From Candidatus Nanopelagicales bacterium (GTDB taxonomy: Bacteria; Actinomycetota; Actinomycetes; S36-B12; UBA10799): a stretch of DNA of 38,342 nucleotides. A program made the translations under genes and the position numbers. The DNA lies in assembly GCA_030157755.1 (NCBI GenBank), contig JAOAUD010000161.1:1-38342 (forward strand), given 5' to 3'. Numbering within the stretch: the first letter of the stretch is position 1; each line of letters starts with the position of its first letter. Of the stretch, positions 1 to 9,418 are shown piece by piece. The notes below the pieces were generated by a model. That model was not told the origin of the DNA. It saw only the letters and a program-made list of their open reading frames with translations, and searched no databases.

Positions 1-60
1 GGGCCGTGGCGAAACGTGACGAACACAACGCAAAGAGTCAACCCTTGGGCTCTTGCGTAA

Positions 61-101
61 GTTACCGGCGAGTAGCATTATGTTTGTTACTGATGGGTAA
101 C
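61..101 (+). promoter_or_regulatory. Tandem GTTAC-N6-GTAAC-type palindromic operators overlapping a putative promoter (TTGCGT 53-58 / CATTAT 76-81) upstream of the acyl-CoA dehydrogenase
   Basis: gttaccggcgagtagc at 61-76 (one mismatch) and gttactgatgggtaac at 86-101 (perfect 5-bp arms); RBS aaggag at 122-127. Confidence 0.6.
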
Positions 102-131
102 CCCGAGCGGGACTGACTCCAAGGAGCCTCA

Positions 132-1964
132 ATGGGCCACTACAAGAGCAATTTGCGCGACATCGAATTCAACCTCTTCGAGGTCTTCGGTGCCGGCGAC
201 CGGCTGGGCAAGGGCCCATTCGCAGAGATGGACGAAGATACGGCGCGCTACCTGCTGCAGGAGAGCGAGAAGCTGGCTACCGGTCCGCTCGCGGATTCCT
301 TCGCGGCAATCGACCGCAACCCGCCCGTTTATGACCCAGCGACGTGCACCGTCACGATGCCGGAGGAATTCAAGAAGTCCTTCCAGGCTCTGTGGGATGC
401 CGGCTACTGGAACGCACCGCTGCCCGACAACTTGGGTGGATCAGGCGCGCCCCCCAGCCTCAACTGGGCAATGGCGGAAATGTTCCTCGGTGCCAACCCA
501 GCCGTCTACATGACGCTGGCCGGCCCCGGATTCGCCGCGATCCTTGACCACCTCGGTACGGATGAGCAGAAGCACTGGGCCGAGATCATGCTCGAGCGCG
601 CCTGGGGAGCCACGATGGTCCTCACCGAGCCCGATGCCGGATCTGACGTCGGCGCAGGCCGCACGAAGGCGATCCAGCAGCCCGATGGCAGCTGGCACAT
701 CGAGGGCGTCAAGCGCTTCATCACCGGTGGCGAAAACGACATCAACGAAAACATCATCCACCTGACGCTGGCCCGTCCCGAAGGTGCCGGACCTGGCACG
801 AAGGGCCTGAGCCTGTTCGTGGTTCCGAAGTACCTCTTCGACACCAAGACCGGCGAGCTCGGCGAGCGCAACGGTGTCTACACGACGAACATCGAAAAGA
901 AGATGGGCATCAAGGCGTCGACCACCTGCGAACTCACCTTCGGTGAGAAGCAGCCAGCAGTCGGCTACCTCGTCGGTGACGTCCACGACGGAATTGCCCA
1001 GATGTTCAAGGTCATCGAGTACGCCCGCATGCTCGTCGGCACGAAGGCGATCGCAACACTTTCGACCGGTTACCTCAACGCGTTGGACTACGCGAAGAAC
1101 CGCGTCCAGGGTGCGGACCTTACGCAGATGCTCGACAAGACCGCACCGCGCGTGACCATCACGCATCACCCGGATGTCCGACGCAGCCTGATGATTCAGA
1201 AGGCATACGCCGAGGGCCTGCGCGCGCTTGTTGCCTACACCGCGATGCACCAAGACAAGGTCGCGATGCACAACTCCGAGCACGGCGACGGGGACATGGA
1301 CGACCGCATGAACGATCTGCTGCTGCCGATCGTTAAGGGTGTTGGTTCTGAGCGCGCCTGGGTGCTGCTTGGCACCGAGTCGCTTCAGACCTTCGGTGGT
1401 TCCGGCTTCTTGCAGGACTACCCGCTCGAGCAGTACGTGCGCGACGCCAAGATCGACACCTTGTACGAAGGAACCACTGCCATCCAGGGCATGGACTTCT
1501 TCTTCCGCAAGATGGTGCGCGATCAGTTCCAGGCCGTCACGCAGCTCGCCAGCGAGATCACCGAAACGATCAAGAACACGTCCGAAGGCGACCAGCTCGC
1601 TGCCGAGCGTGAACTGCTGAGTACCGCGCTTGAAGATGTTCAGGGTCTGATCGGCACCCTCGGCGGCTGGCTCATGAAGAGCCAGGAGAACCCGAACGAG
1701 TTGTACCGGGTTGGCTTGAACACGAGCCGCCTACTGCTCGCGTGCGGCGATCTTGTCATCGGCTGGCTGCTGCTCAAGCAGGCCGACGTGGCAACGGCAG
1801 CGCTTGCTGCTGGCCCGAACGATCGCGACAAGCGGTTCTACGAAAGCAAGCTCGTCACGGCGCGCTGGTTCGCACAGAACCGTCTGCCGTTGATCGCAGC
1901 TGAGCGCGCGGTTGCCGAGGCAACGTCGCTCGAGGTCATGGAGATCGACGAAGACCTCTTCTAG
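132..1964 (+). CDS. fadE5: Acyl-CoA dehydrogenase, FadE5-like
   Basis: [19 protein letters not shown]-terminus, [63 protein letters not shown]; strong RBS. Confidence 0.93.
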   Translation: MGHYKSNLRDIEFNLFEVFGAGDRLGKGPFAEMDEDTARYLLQESEKLATGPLADSFAAIDRNPPVYDPATCTVTMPEEFKKSFQALWDAGYWNAPLPDNLGGSGAPPSLNWAMAEMFLGANPAVYMTLAGPGFAAILDHLGTDEQKHWAEIMLERAWGATMVLTEPDAGSDVGAGRTKAIQQPDGSWHIEGVKRFITGGENDINENIIHLTLARPEGAGPGTKGLSLFVVPKYLFDTKTGELGERNGVYTTNIEKKMGIKASTTCELTFGEKQPAVGYLVGDVHDGIAQMFKVIEYARMLVGTKAIATLSTGYLNALDYAKNRVQGADLTQMLDKTAPRVTITHHPDVRRSLMIQKAYAEGLRALVAYTAMHQDKVAMHNSEHGDGDMDDRMNDLLLPIVKGVGSERAWVLLGTESLQTFGGSGFLQDYPLEQYVRDAKIDTLYEGTTAIQGMDFFFRKMVRDQFQAVTQLASEITETIKNTSEGDQLAAERELLSTALEDVQGLIGTLGGWLMKSQENPNELYRVGLNTSRLLLACGDLVIGWLLLKQADVATAALAAGPNDRDKRFYESKLVTARWFAQNRLPLIAAERAVAEATSLEVMEIDEDLF

Positions 1965-1974
1965 TTTTACCAAC

Positions 1975-2014
1975 CCGAAGGGGCTCAGACGCGACGGTGT
2001 CTGAGCCCCTTCGG
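1975..2014 (+). terminator. Intrinsic terminator hairpin after the acyl-CoA dehydrogenase
   Basis: Perfect 16-bp inverted repeat ccgaaggggctcagac / gtctgagccccttcgg with 8-nt loop, 10 nt after the stop. Confidence 0.85.
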
Positions 2015-2146
2015 CGTTCCTAGGTACCTCACGCGCCGCCGACCGGGCAAACATGCAGCAACGTGGCGGTCTGCTGCCCTCTAGCGGCGGCTAACCGCCA
2101 CAATCCGGATTGGTGGGACGGCTGAAACTGGCGATTGGCGCGACGT

Positions 2147-2755
2147 ATGCTCACTGTCATGCAGAAGTTCGCGGTGGGGTTGCTGGCGGCCGTCCTTACG
2201 TTGATTGGATTCGCCACCGCAACTCCGAGCCAGGCACACGACGAGCTGCTATCGACGACTCCCAAAAACGGTGCCCAGCTAGCTTCCGCACCGCCCGCGA
2301 TCGTCTTGAAGTTCGAAGAAGCGCCACTGAAAGACACCACGAAGATCGTCGCGACGGATAGCGCCGGGCGCCAAATTCCACTGACCGACATCGTCTTGGT
2401 TGGTGGGACTGCGACCGCGAAGTGGCCCACGGATGCGAGTGCCGGCACGTACAGCGTTGCCTGGCGCAACGTCGGTGCCGATGGCCACCCGCTCAGCGGC
2501 ACGTTCAGCTTCAGCTACACAACTGCCAACCAGGGCCCGACCGTCACTGCATCACCAACCGGTTCCCCCAACGCAGGTATCGGGGTGCCGACCCCAGTTC
2601 CCACGAGCAGCCCCGTCAGCGCGACTGGTCCCGCCGGTCTCGGCGGGACGATGTGGCTGCTTCCAACGGTCATCGGAGTCTTGATCATCGTCGGTGGCAT
2701 CTTCGGAATTCAGGCCGCCCGCAAGCGCAAGAAGAACGACCGACCCAATACCTAA
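2147..2755 (+). CDS. copC: Copper resistance protein CopC, secreted, with C-terminal membrane anchor
   Basis: Signal peptide ending SQA-H, mature N-terminal HDELLSTTP, YSVAWRNVGADGHPLSG motif, P/T/S linker, C-terminal TM plus basic tail; start could also be 2135 or 2159. Confidence 0.88.
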   Translation: MLTVMQKFAVGLLAAVLTLIGFATATPSQAHDELLSTTPKNGAQLASAPPAIVLKFEEAPLKDTTKIVATDSAGRQIPLTDIVLVGGTATAKWPTDASAGTYSVAWRNVGADGHPLSGTFSFSYTTANQGPTVTASPTGSPNAGIGVPTPVPTSSPVSATGPAGLGGTMWLLPTVIGVLIIVGGIFGIQAARKRKKNDRPNT

Positions 2756-2779
2756 ACCACGAGCGCTAGGAACCTGAAC

Positions 2780-4819
2780 GTGGCAACCCAGACGCATCCA
2801 CCAACCGAGACCGCAACCGCACCCGAGGTGCGGCGGTCCGGAATCCTGGTGCGCGTCGTTCTCGCCTTCGGCCTCATCGCGGTCTTGTCCGCCCTCGTCG
2901 GAGTTGTGCTATCCGGCGCGAGTTACGAACCCGCGCCTGGCGGCCTGCCAGATGCCGGACCGGTTGTCGGTTGGCTACTGCCGGTTGTCGGAGCGCTCAC
3001 CTTCGCGGCTGCCATGGCGACGGTGGGTTGGCTGCTCTTGGCCGGGTTCCTGGATCCCACGGCCGGCAAGACCACCGTGTCTAGGCGCGGACGGACCGCG
3101 TTGCTGCGTGCCAGCGCCGCAGCCGGTGTGTGGTGCGTTCTTTCTCTCGTCGCAGCCGTCTTCAAACTCGCGAGCATTCTGGGAATCGACCTAGGTACCG
3201 CGGTCGGATCGAGCACGTTCACCACCTACGCGTGGGACATCATCGACGTCCGAACCTTGCTTATCTGCGCATTGCTCGCCGCGGTGATTTGTGTCGGAGC
3301 GGCAATCAGCGTCAGCCTGACCGGAACGACAGTCTGGTTCGTCATGGCGGTCGTAGCCGTCGCAGTTCCGGCGATGGCGGGCCACGCGGCTGGCCTCGGC
3401 GACCACGGTCTGGCACTAGTGAACGGCGTCGCCCACGCGGTCGCGGCGACAGTGTGGGTTGGCGGGCTCATTGCGCTCGGTGCAACGGTCTGGCCTAAGG
3501 CAGAAACGGTCGGCATCGCCGCTCGTCGATTCGGTCTCTTGGCGATGGCATGCGTCGTGGTGCTCGTGGCTTCCGGAATCGCCAACGCCTACGTCCGCCT
3601 AGGAAGCCCGGCCGACCTCGTCACCAGTGGATACGGGCGCCTGGTCCTAGCCAAGTCGGCGCTGTTGATTGCGCTCGTGGCGATCGCTGCCTGGATCCGC
3701 AAGCGACTGCTCCCCCAACTCACCGGCGACAAATCGCGGCGCACGTTCGCGAAGCTCGCGGGCCTCGAACTCGCGCTGATGGGAATCGCTAGCGGACTCG
3801 GTGTTGCGCTGTCGGTGACGGCCCCCACGCGTGCCGCCGTGGAGTTCCCCACCCAGGCCGAAGCGTTGCTCGGATTCGCCTTTCCGCCCGCACCAAGTGC
3901 AAGTTCCCTGATCCTCGGATGGGACTTCGACGCACTGTTCTTCGTTCTCGGAATTGCTGCGTGTGTGTACTACTCGATTGGCGTCGCTCGCCTGCGCGCA
4001 CGCGGGGACCACTGGCCGATCTCCCGCACAATCTGCTGGTTCATCGGGTGGGGGATCGTCATCTGGGCGACCAACGCCGGACTTGCCACGTATGCCGAGG
4101 TATCCGTGGGCATTCACATGATTCAGCACATGACGCTGACCATGATGGCGCCGATCTTCCTGGTTCTCGCAGGTCCCGTCACCTTGGCGTTGCGGGCGCT
4201 CAAGCCGTCGCCAACCGGCGGGCGCGGACCGCGCGAACTGCTCATGGGTGGGCTTCACTCAACGCTCGCGAGATTCTTCACGAACCCGATCACGATCCTC
4301 GTGATCTACGTTCTGGGCCTCTACGGGCTTTACCTCACGAATGTCTTTGGCTCGCTGATGAGCAGCCACATCGGGCACATCGTGATGACAACGCACTTCC
4401 TGGTTGCCGGAATCCTGCTGGCCTACGTGGCGATCGGGATCGATCCGAAGCCGACGCCGCTGCCGTTCTGGGGCCGGATGATGCTGGTCTTGGCCGCGAT
4501 CATCCTGCACACCTTCTTTGCTGTGGTCATGATGTCGAGCACCACGTTGATCGGTGCCACCTGGTATTCCCAAGTGAGACCTCCGTGGCTCATCGACCCC
4601 GTGAAGGACTCGATGCTTGGTGGTCAGATCGCTTGGGGTGTTGGCGAAATTCCGACGCTGATCATGATGATCATCATCGCCGTCCAGTGGGCGAGAAGCG
4701 ATGAGCGCGAGTCGAAGCGCCGCGACAGGTTCACCAATGATCACGGCGATCACGAACTTGATGACTACAACGCCTACCTAACGAAGCTGAACGAGCTCAA
4801 CGCGCAGGCGAAGAAGTAG
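2780..4819 (+). CDS. CopD + CtaG (caa3-type cytochrome c oxidase assembly) fusion membrane protein, CtiP/Rv0102-like
   Basis: CopD motifs GHAA, HAVAATVWVGGL, SGYGRLVLAK; CtaG motifs HMIQHM, HFLVAG, HTFF, GGQIAWGVGEIP; many TM helices. Confidence 0.87.
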   Translation: MATQTHPPTETATAPEVRRSGILVRVVLAFGLIAVLSALVGVVLSGASYEPAPGGLPDAGPVVGWLLPVVGALTFAAAMATVGWLLLAGFLDPTAGKTTVSRRGRTALLRASAAAGVWCVLSLVAAVFKLASILGIDLGTAVGSSTFTTYAWDIIDVRTLLICALLAAVICVGAAISVSLTGTTVWFVMAVVAVAVPAMAGHAAGLGDHGLALVNGVAHAVAATVWVGGLIALGATVWPKAETVGIAARRFGLLAMACVVVLVASGIANAYVRLGSPADLVTSGYGRLVLAKSALLIALVAIAAWIRKRLLPQLTGDKSRRTFAKLAGLELALMGIASGLGVALSVTAPTRAAVEFPTQAEALLGFAFPPAPSASSLILGWDFDALFFVLGIAACVYYSIGVARLRARGDHWPISRTICWFIGWGIVIWATNAGLATYAEVSVGIHMIQHMTLTMMAPIFLVLAGPVTLALRALKPSPTGGRGPRELLMGGLHSTLARFFTNPITILVIYVLGLYGLYLTNVFGSLMSSHIGHIVMTTHFLVAGILLAYVAIGIDPKPTPLPFWGRMMLVLAAIILHTFFAVVMMSSTTLIGATWYSQVRPPWLIDPVKDSMLGGQIAWGVGEIPTLIMMIIIAVQWARSDERESKRRDRFTNDHGDHELDDYNAYLTKLNELNAQAKK

Positions 4820-4825
4820 CTCCTG

Positions 4826-5078
4826 CCGACATTCGGTGGATTTGGCTACTCCAGGCTCCAATCTCACCGAATGTTGCGATTCCCCGCCCGGGCGGGCTTC
4901 AAACAACCCGAAGTGCTCAGCAAACTCGACGAAAACATGTTCGGCCAATTCATCTAGGCTCCCGCTGACCGGTAGGAGCCGCAATGCGACCTTGACGCCG
5001 CTGGACGGGGTCGGCCACTTCTGCATGCAGGAAGCCCCTGCCGAGTGGAACGCCGCCGTTCTGGACTTCTGGCAGTAA
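4826..5078 (+). pseudogene. Remnant of an alpha/beta-fold hydrolase (C-terminal fragment)
   Basis: Frame ending at 5078 reads TLTPLDGVGHFCMQEAPAEWNAAVLDFWQ*, a typical hydrolase catalytic-His segment; no nucleophile motif or credible start upstream. Confidence 0.5.
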
Positions 5079-5084
5079 GCCTGG

Positions 5085-5867
5085 CTATCGCAGCCTGCGG
5101 TCGCGCAACACAGGAAAAGCCGCACGCACTTCGTCGGGATACCCGGCGTCAAGGTCGGCTGTCAGTACACCTTCGTCAGTGTCGGCAGCGGCGACCACGT
5201 CACCCCATGGGTCGGTGATCAGGCTTTCGCCGCCGAGTTGGTGACCGCCATGGAATCCGGTTTCGTTGCATCCCACGACCCACAGTTGGTTCTCGCAGGA
5301 GCGAGCTGACGCCAACAACTTCCACCGGTTGATCCGCTTCGTTGGCCACCCAGAAGCAAGCAGGACGGCTGTTGCCCCCTCATCGACGAATGCCCTGAAC
5401 AGTTCGGGGAATCGCAAGTCGTAACACGTCGCCAGCGCCGTGCGGCCCAGCGGCGTATCAATCACGACGACGTTTTCGCCAGCCGTCAGAGTCGCCGCTT
5501 CGCCGATGTCAAAACCGAACAAGTGGATCTTGCGATAGGTGCCAACGAGGTCGCCCTGCGGGTTGAAGACCACGGACGTGTTGAAGTACTCGCCACCACC
5601 TGCATCCTCAACAAAAGATCCGCCGTGTATCCACGTCTGGGTTCGAGCTGCCACCTCTGCCAGTGAATCGACAACTGGGCCGTCGAGCGGTTGTGCATGT
5701 TCAACGCCGAGTTCAAGGTCGAACGCTCCGGTAGGCCACAGCTCAGGAAGCAGGACTAGATCTGATTCCTCCGCCGCTGATGCGGCAGCCGCACAAGCCC
5801 TCGCAACGCGTTCGTGAACTGGTTCAGTAGCGTCGACCGCCAGCTGAAGCAACGAAACTCGTGTCAT
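5085..5867 (-). CDS. Carbon-nitrogen hydrolase (nitrilase superfamily, Nit/YafV-like amidase)
   Basis: LPELW (Glu), YRKIHLF (Lys), TCYDLRFPELFR (Cys) triad; ATG start MTRVSLLQ at 5867. Confidence 0.9.
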   Translation of the reverse strand: MTRVSLLQLAVDATEPVHERVARACAAAASAAEESDLVLLPELWPTGAFDLELGVEHAQPLDGPVVDSLAEVAARTQTWIHGGSFVEDAGGGEYFNTSVVFNPQGDLVGTYRKIHLFGFDIGEAATLTAGENVVVIDTPLGRTALATCYDLRFPELFRAFVDEGATAVLLASGWPTKRINRWKLLASARSCENQLWVVGCNETGFHGGHQLGGESLITDPWGDVVAAADTDEGVLTADLDAGYPDEVRAAFPVLRDRRLR

Positions 5868-5940
5868 GTGTGAAAGGTACCGGCAACACTTGTTGGTCCC
5901 CACATTCCATCGACCGCAAACGGCTTCGTACCCTCGAACT

Positions 5941-6813
5941 GTGAGCACCGAACATGGCGATGGTCCCGAACCCCTGAAGCTCGAGTCGGCAAGTGTCCCG
6001 GAGTTGGTCGCGGTCTGGCTCAACTCACTTGATGCCTTCACCGAGGTCGCACTCAAGCTCACCGCGACCGCCTGGAACACACCGAGCCCTTGCCCCGGAT
6101 GGACTGCCGGTGACGTCGTTGCTCACGTGTTGTCGCTTGAGAGCGAGATGCACGGTGACCCGCTACCCGACCACGAACCGGATTGGGCGGCGCTGCCTCA
6201 CGTCACTAACGACTTCAGCCGCTACACCGAAGTCCCAGTCGACTGGTATCGGAGCAAAGGTCGCGATGTGGTGCTGGCTGAGCTCCGAGAAATTGTCGAA
6301 TGGCGCAAACAAGATCTTGCCGACATTGGGGAAGATCCCACCGAACTGATGGATGGCCCTGGCGGAATGCGGATGCCCCGGGTGCGAATGATCCGAACTC
6401 GCATCCTGGACACCTGGATGCACGAGCAGGACATCCGCACGGCAGCCGCGATCCCGGGCGGGCTTGGCAGCGACGGGGCCTGGGTAGCTGCCGGCCAGTT
6501 CTTGTCCGGCCTTCCGTATGTGTGGGGCAAGGCTGTCGGTGCACCCATCGGCTCGTCGCTGCAACTAGCGATCACTGGCCCAGGTGTTGAGTTCGAACGC
6601 ACGGTGGTCGTCGCCGACGATGGCCGTGCGCGGTTCGTTGATGGCCTCATCCACCAACCAACCCTGCGGCTGGCGAGCAGTTGGCCCATGTACGCATCCC
6701 TTTCCGGTGGGCGGATGGGCGCAATCGCCGAAGCACAACGCGGGCGTATCGAGTTTCACGGCGACTTCGAACTTTCACAACAACTCCTTCCTGCACTTTC
6801 GATTACTCCGTGA
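5941..6813 (+). CDS. Mycothiol-dependent maleylpyruvate isomerase family (MDMPI/DinB-like) protein
   Basis: PSPCPGWTAGDVVAHV and DTWMHEQDIR motifs; C-terminal SCP2-like region; GTG start at 5941. Confidence 0.85.
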   Translation: MSTEHGDGPEPLKLESASVPELVAVWLNSLDAFTEVALKLTATAWNTPSPCPGWTAGDVVAHVLSLESEMHGDPLPDHEPDWAALPHVTNDFSRYTEVPVDWYRSKGRDVVLAELREIVEWRKQDLADIGEDPTELMDGPGGMRMPRVRMIRTRILDTWMHEQDIRTAAAIPGGLGSDGAWVAAGQFLSGLPYVWGKAVGAPIGSSLQLAITGPGVEFERTVVVADDGRARFVDGLIHQPTLRLASSWPMYASLSGGRMGAIAEAQRGRIEFHGDFELSQQLLPALSITP

Positions 6814-8288
6814 GCGACGCGGGAGAATCCGCCAGTCCGCTGACGTGGGGGTCGCGCCGAGCCCGTCTCGCGCTGACCGCAACGATCATGGGTTCGGGCC
6901 TGGCGTTTCTCGACGGATCGGTCATCGCCGTCGCGTCCCCTCACATTGCCGATGACCTCGGCGGCGGACTCGCAACCATCCAATGGGTGTTTGACGGTTA
7001 CCTGTTGATGCTTGGCGCACTCGTCTTGGTTGGTGGGTCACTCGGGGACTTGCTCGGCAAGCGATCAGTGTTCATCGCGGGCACCGCGGCGTTTGGCGTG
7101 ACGTCGGTGCTGTGCGGATTAGCACCGACCGCGTTGATCTTGGTGGTCGCGCGCATGGGCCAGGGTGCGGCGGCGGCGCTCGTAGTTCCAACCTCGCTCG
7201 CACTGGTCAACACCTTGTTCGGCGGCGCTGACCGAGGCAAGGCAATCGGCGCCTGGTCCGGACTCGCGGGGGTATTCACTGCGGTCGGCCCGTTTGTCGG
7301 TGGGTTACTGGTGGATACCGGGACCGGGGGTTGGCGGTGGGTCTTTCTGATCAACATTCCACTGGTCATCGGTGCGATCACGCTGGCACTGATGTCGATC
7401 CCGAACGTCCCCGGGACGCGCACCAGTGAGTCGTTGCGATCTCAGGTCGACGTCCTGGGCGGGCTGCTCGCTGTTGGCGGGTTGGCATTTGTCGTCGGAC
7501 CCTTGATTGAGATCGCGAAGCTGGGCGCCTGGTTGACGTTCGTCTTGGTTGCGATTGGCCTTGTGTTGCTGGCGTTGCTGGTTCTCGTCGAACGTCGCCG
7601 CGAACGCACACTTCGACCGCCGCCAATGGTCTCGCTCACCCTCTTTCGCATTCGCACGTTTAGCGTGGCCAACGTCGTGACGTTCGTGGTCTACGGTGCG
7701 CTGGGATCAGCGTTCTTCCTCGTCACGATCGCGCTTCAACAGGGCATGGGATACACCGCCGTCGCTGCTGGGCTGGCAGGAATCCCGGTGACAGTGATGC
7801 TCGCGCTCTTTTCATCGAAGGTCGGTGGGCTACTTCCCCGCCTTGGGGCGCGAACGTTGCTGACAGTCGGTCCGCTGATCATGGCTGTCGGAATGGTGAT
7901 GCTGGGAATGATGCGACCTGGACAGTCCTACTGGGTGGGGGTCTTCCCTGGCTTCATGATCTTCGCTGCAGGTCTGGTGCTGGTTGTTGCCCCGGTGACG
8001 GCGACAGCACTTGCCGACGTCTCCGCGAACGAATCGGGTACGGCATCTGGAGTGAACAATGCCGTCGCCCGAATCGGCAGCTTGATCGCGATCATCTTGC
8101 TGCCGCTGATTGGCGGGCTCGCGGCATCGCAGGCGCAGGGTCTACAGACCGGTGTCGACATCCTCGACGGGTACCGAACGTCGATGTTCGCAGCAGCGGC
8201 GATCTGCGTCTTTGGCGCTGGCCTTGCTACGGTCGGATTCAACCGCAGTGACGGTCGGGTGGTCGCAACCGAAGCTGCGGGCCGCTAA
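6810..8288 (+). CDS. MFS drug/H+ antiporter (DHA2/EmrB-QacA type)
   Basis: FLDGSVIAVA, GSLGDLLGKR, WRWVFLINIP motifs; many TM helices; GTGA overlap with the upstream stop. Confidence 0.88.
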   Translation: MSDAGESASPLTWGSRRARLALTATIMGSGLAFLDGSVIAVASPHIADDLGGGLATIQWVFDGYLLMLGALVLVGGSLGDLLGKRSVFIAGTAAFGVTSVLCGLAPTALILVVARMGQGAAAALVVPTSLALVNTLFGGADRGKAIGAWSGLAGVFTAVGPFVGGLLVDTGTGGWRWVFLINIPLVIGAITLALMSIPNVPGTRTSESLRSQVDVLGGLLAVGGLAFVVGPLIEIAKLGAWLTFVLVAIGLVLLALLVLVERRRERTLRPPPMVSLTLFRIRTFSVANVVTFVVYGALGSAFFLVTIALQQGMGYTAVAAGLAGIPVTVMLALFSSKVGGLLPRLGARTLLTVGPLIMAVGMVMLGMMRPGQSYWVGVFPGFMIFAAGLVLVVAPVTATALADVSANESGTASGVNNAVARIGSLIAIILLPLIGGLAASQAQGLQTGVDILDGYRTSMFAAAAICVFGAGLATVGFNRSDGRVVATEAAGR

Positions 8289-9361
8289 CGGCTGAAGTCG
8301 CTCGCCAAGCCAATGAAACGATCGTTGGCTGCCGTTTCAGCGATCGTCACCCGCACACCTTCGCCAGCAAACGCGCGCACCGTCAGGCCTGCCTGTTCAC
8401 TGCGGTTCGCGAACTCCTCGGTCTGTTCACCTAGCGGAAGCCAGACGAAGTTCGCTTCGCTCGGAACCACCTCAACGCCTGCCGCTCGAAGGCCTTGCAT
8501 TACCCGAGTGCGCTCGGCAACTAACGCATCGACCCGGGCCCGCAGCTCAGCGTCATCGGCAAGGGAGGCAGCGGCCGCCGCCTGGGCAATAACGGATACG
8601 CCAAAGGGCAATGCGGTCTTGTTGAGCGCCTCGATAACCGGTGGTTGGGCGATCGCGTAACCAACCCTCAACCCGGCGAGACCATATGCCTTGGAAAACG
8701 TTCGCAGCACGGCCAGGTTCTGATGCTTCGTGTACGTCACCAGTCCCGCGGCGGCGCTGGGGTCACGGCAGAACTCGATGTAAGCCTCATCGAGAACAAC
8801 CATCACGTCGTTGGGAACTGCCGCCATGAACTCGTCTAACTCGTCCTGCGTCACGACAGTTCCGGTGGGGTTATTCGGCGAACAGATGAACACCAGTCGG
8901 GTTCGGTCGGTAACCGCTGCGGCGAGCGCTGCCATGTCGTGACGCCCATCGGCCAGCAACGGAACGGCAACGGGTTGGGCACCCGCCACTGACGTGACAA
9001 TCGGATAGGCCTCGAACGAGCGCCAGGCGAACACAACCTCGTCGCCGGGGCCCGCAGTCGACTGCGCGAATTGGTAACAAAGTGCAACAGCGCCCGTCGC
9101 AACGGCGACGTGTTCGCGTGGCACTCCAGCGTGCGCAGCGATCGCTTCAATCAATTCCGCAGATCCCGGGTCGGGGTAACGATTGACGTGATGCGCTGCC
9201 TGCTCGATGACTTTGACTACCTGCGGCAACGGCGGGTATGGGTTCTCATTCGACGAAACCTTGAATGCCTCAACCCCATCAGTTCTGGGATCGGGTCGTT
9301 TACCTGCCCGATAGCCAGGGATTTCCTGCAGTGCGTCGCGGAAGCGCGGTCCGGAGTTCAC
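8285..9361 (-). CDS. PLP-dependent histidinol-phosphate / aromatic amino acid aminotransferase (HisC/Pat family)
   Basis: SSNENPY, NRYPD, CSPNNPTG, DEAYIEF, RTFSKAYGLAGLRVGY. Confidence 0.9.
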   Translation of the reverse strand: MNSGPRFRDALQEIPGYRAGKRPDPRTDGVEAFKVSSNENPYPPLPQVVKVIEQAAHHVNRYPDPGSAELIEAIAAHAGVPREHVAVATGAVALCYQFAQSTAGPGDEVVFAWRSFEAYPIVTSVAGAQPVAVPLLADGRHDMAALAAAVTDRTRLVFICSPNNPTGTVVTQDELDEFMAAVPNDVMVVLDEAYIEFCRDPSAAAGLVTYTKHQNLAVLRTFSKAYGLAGLRVGYAIAQPPVIEALNKTALPFGVSVIAQAAAAASLADDAELRARVDALVAERTRVMQGLRAAGVEVVPSEANFVWLPLGEQTEEFANRSEQAGLTVRAFAGEGVRVTIAETAANDRFIGLASDFSR

Positions 9362-9418
9362 CCTCGCAACTCTAGGTAAGGGCGAATTCCGACGACAACC
9401 CGACTAACCTGACCTCTC

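Noticed and set aside
5868-6080. Extended starts for the nitrilase (6080) and MDMPI (5866) genes
   Set aside because: They would overlap head-to-head; family N-termini fit 5867 and 5941
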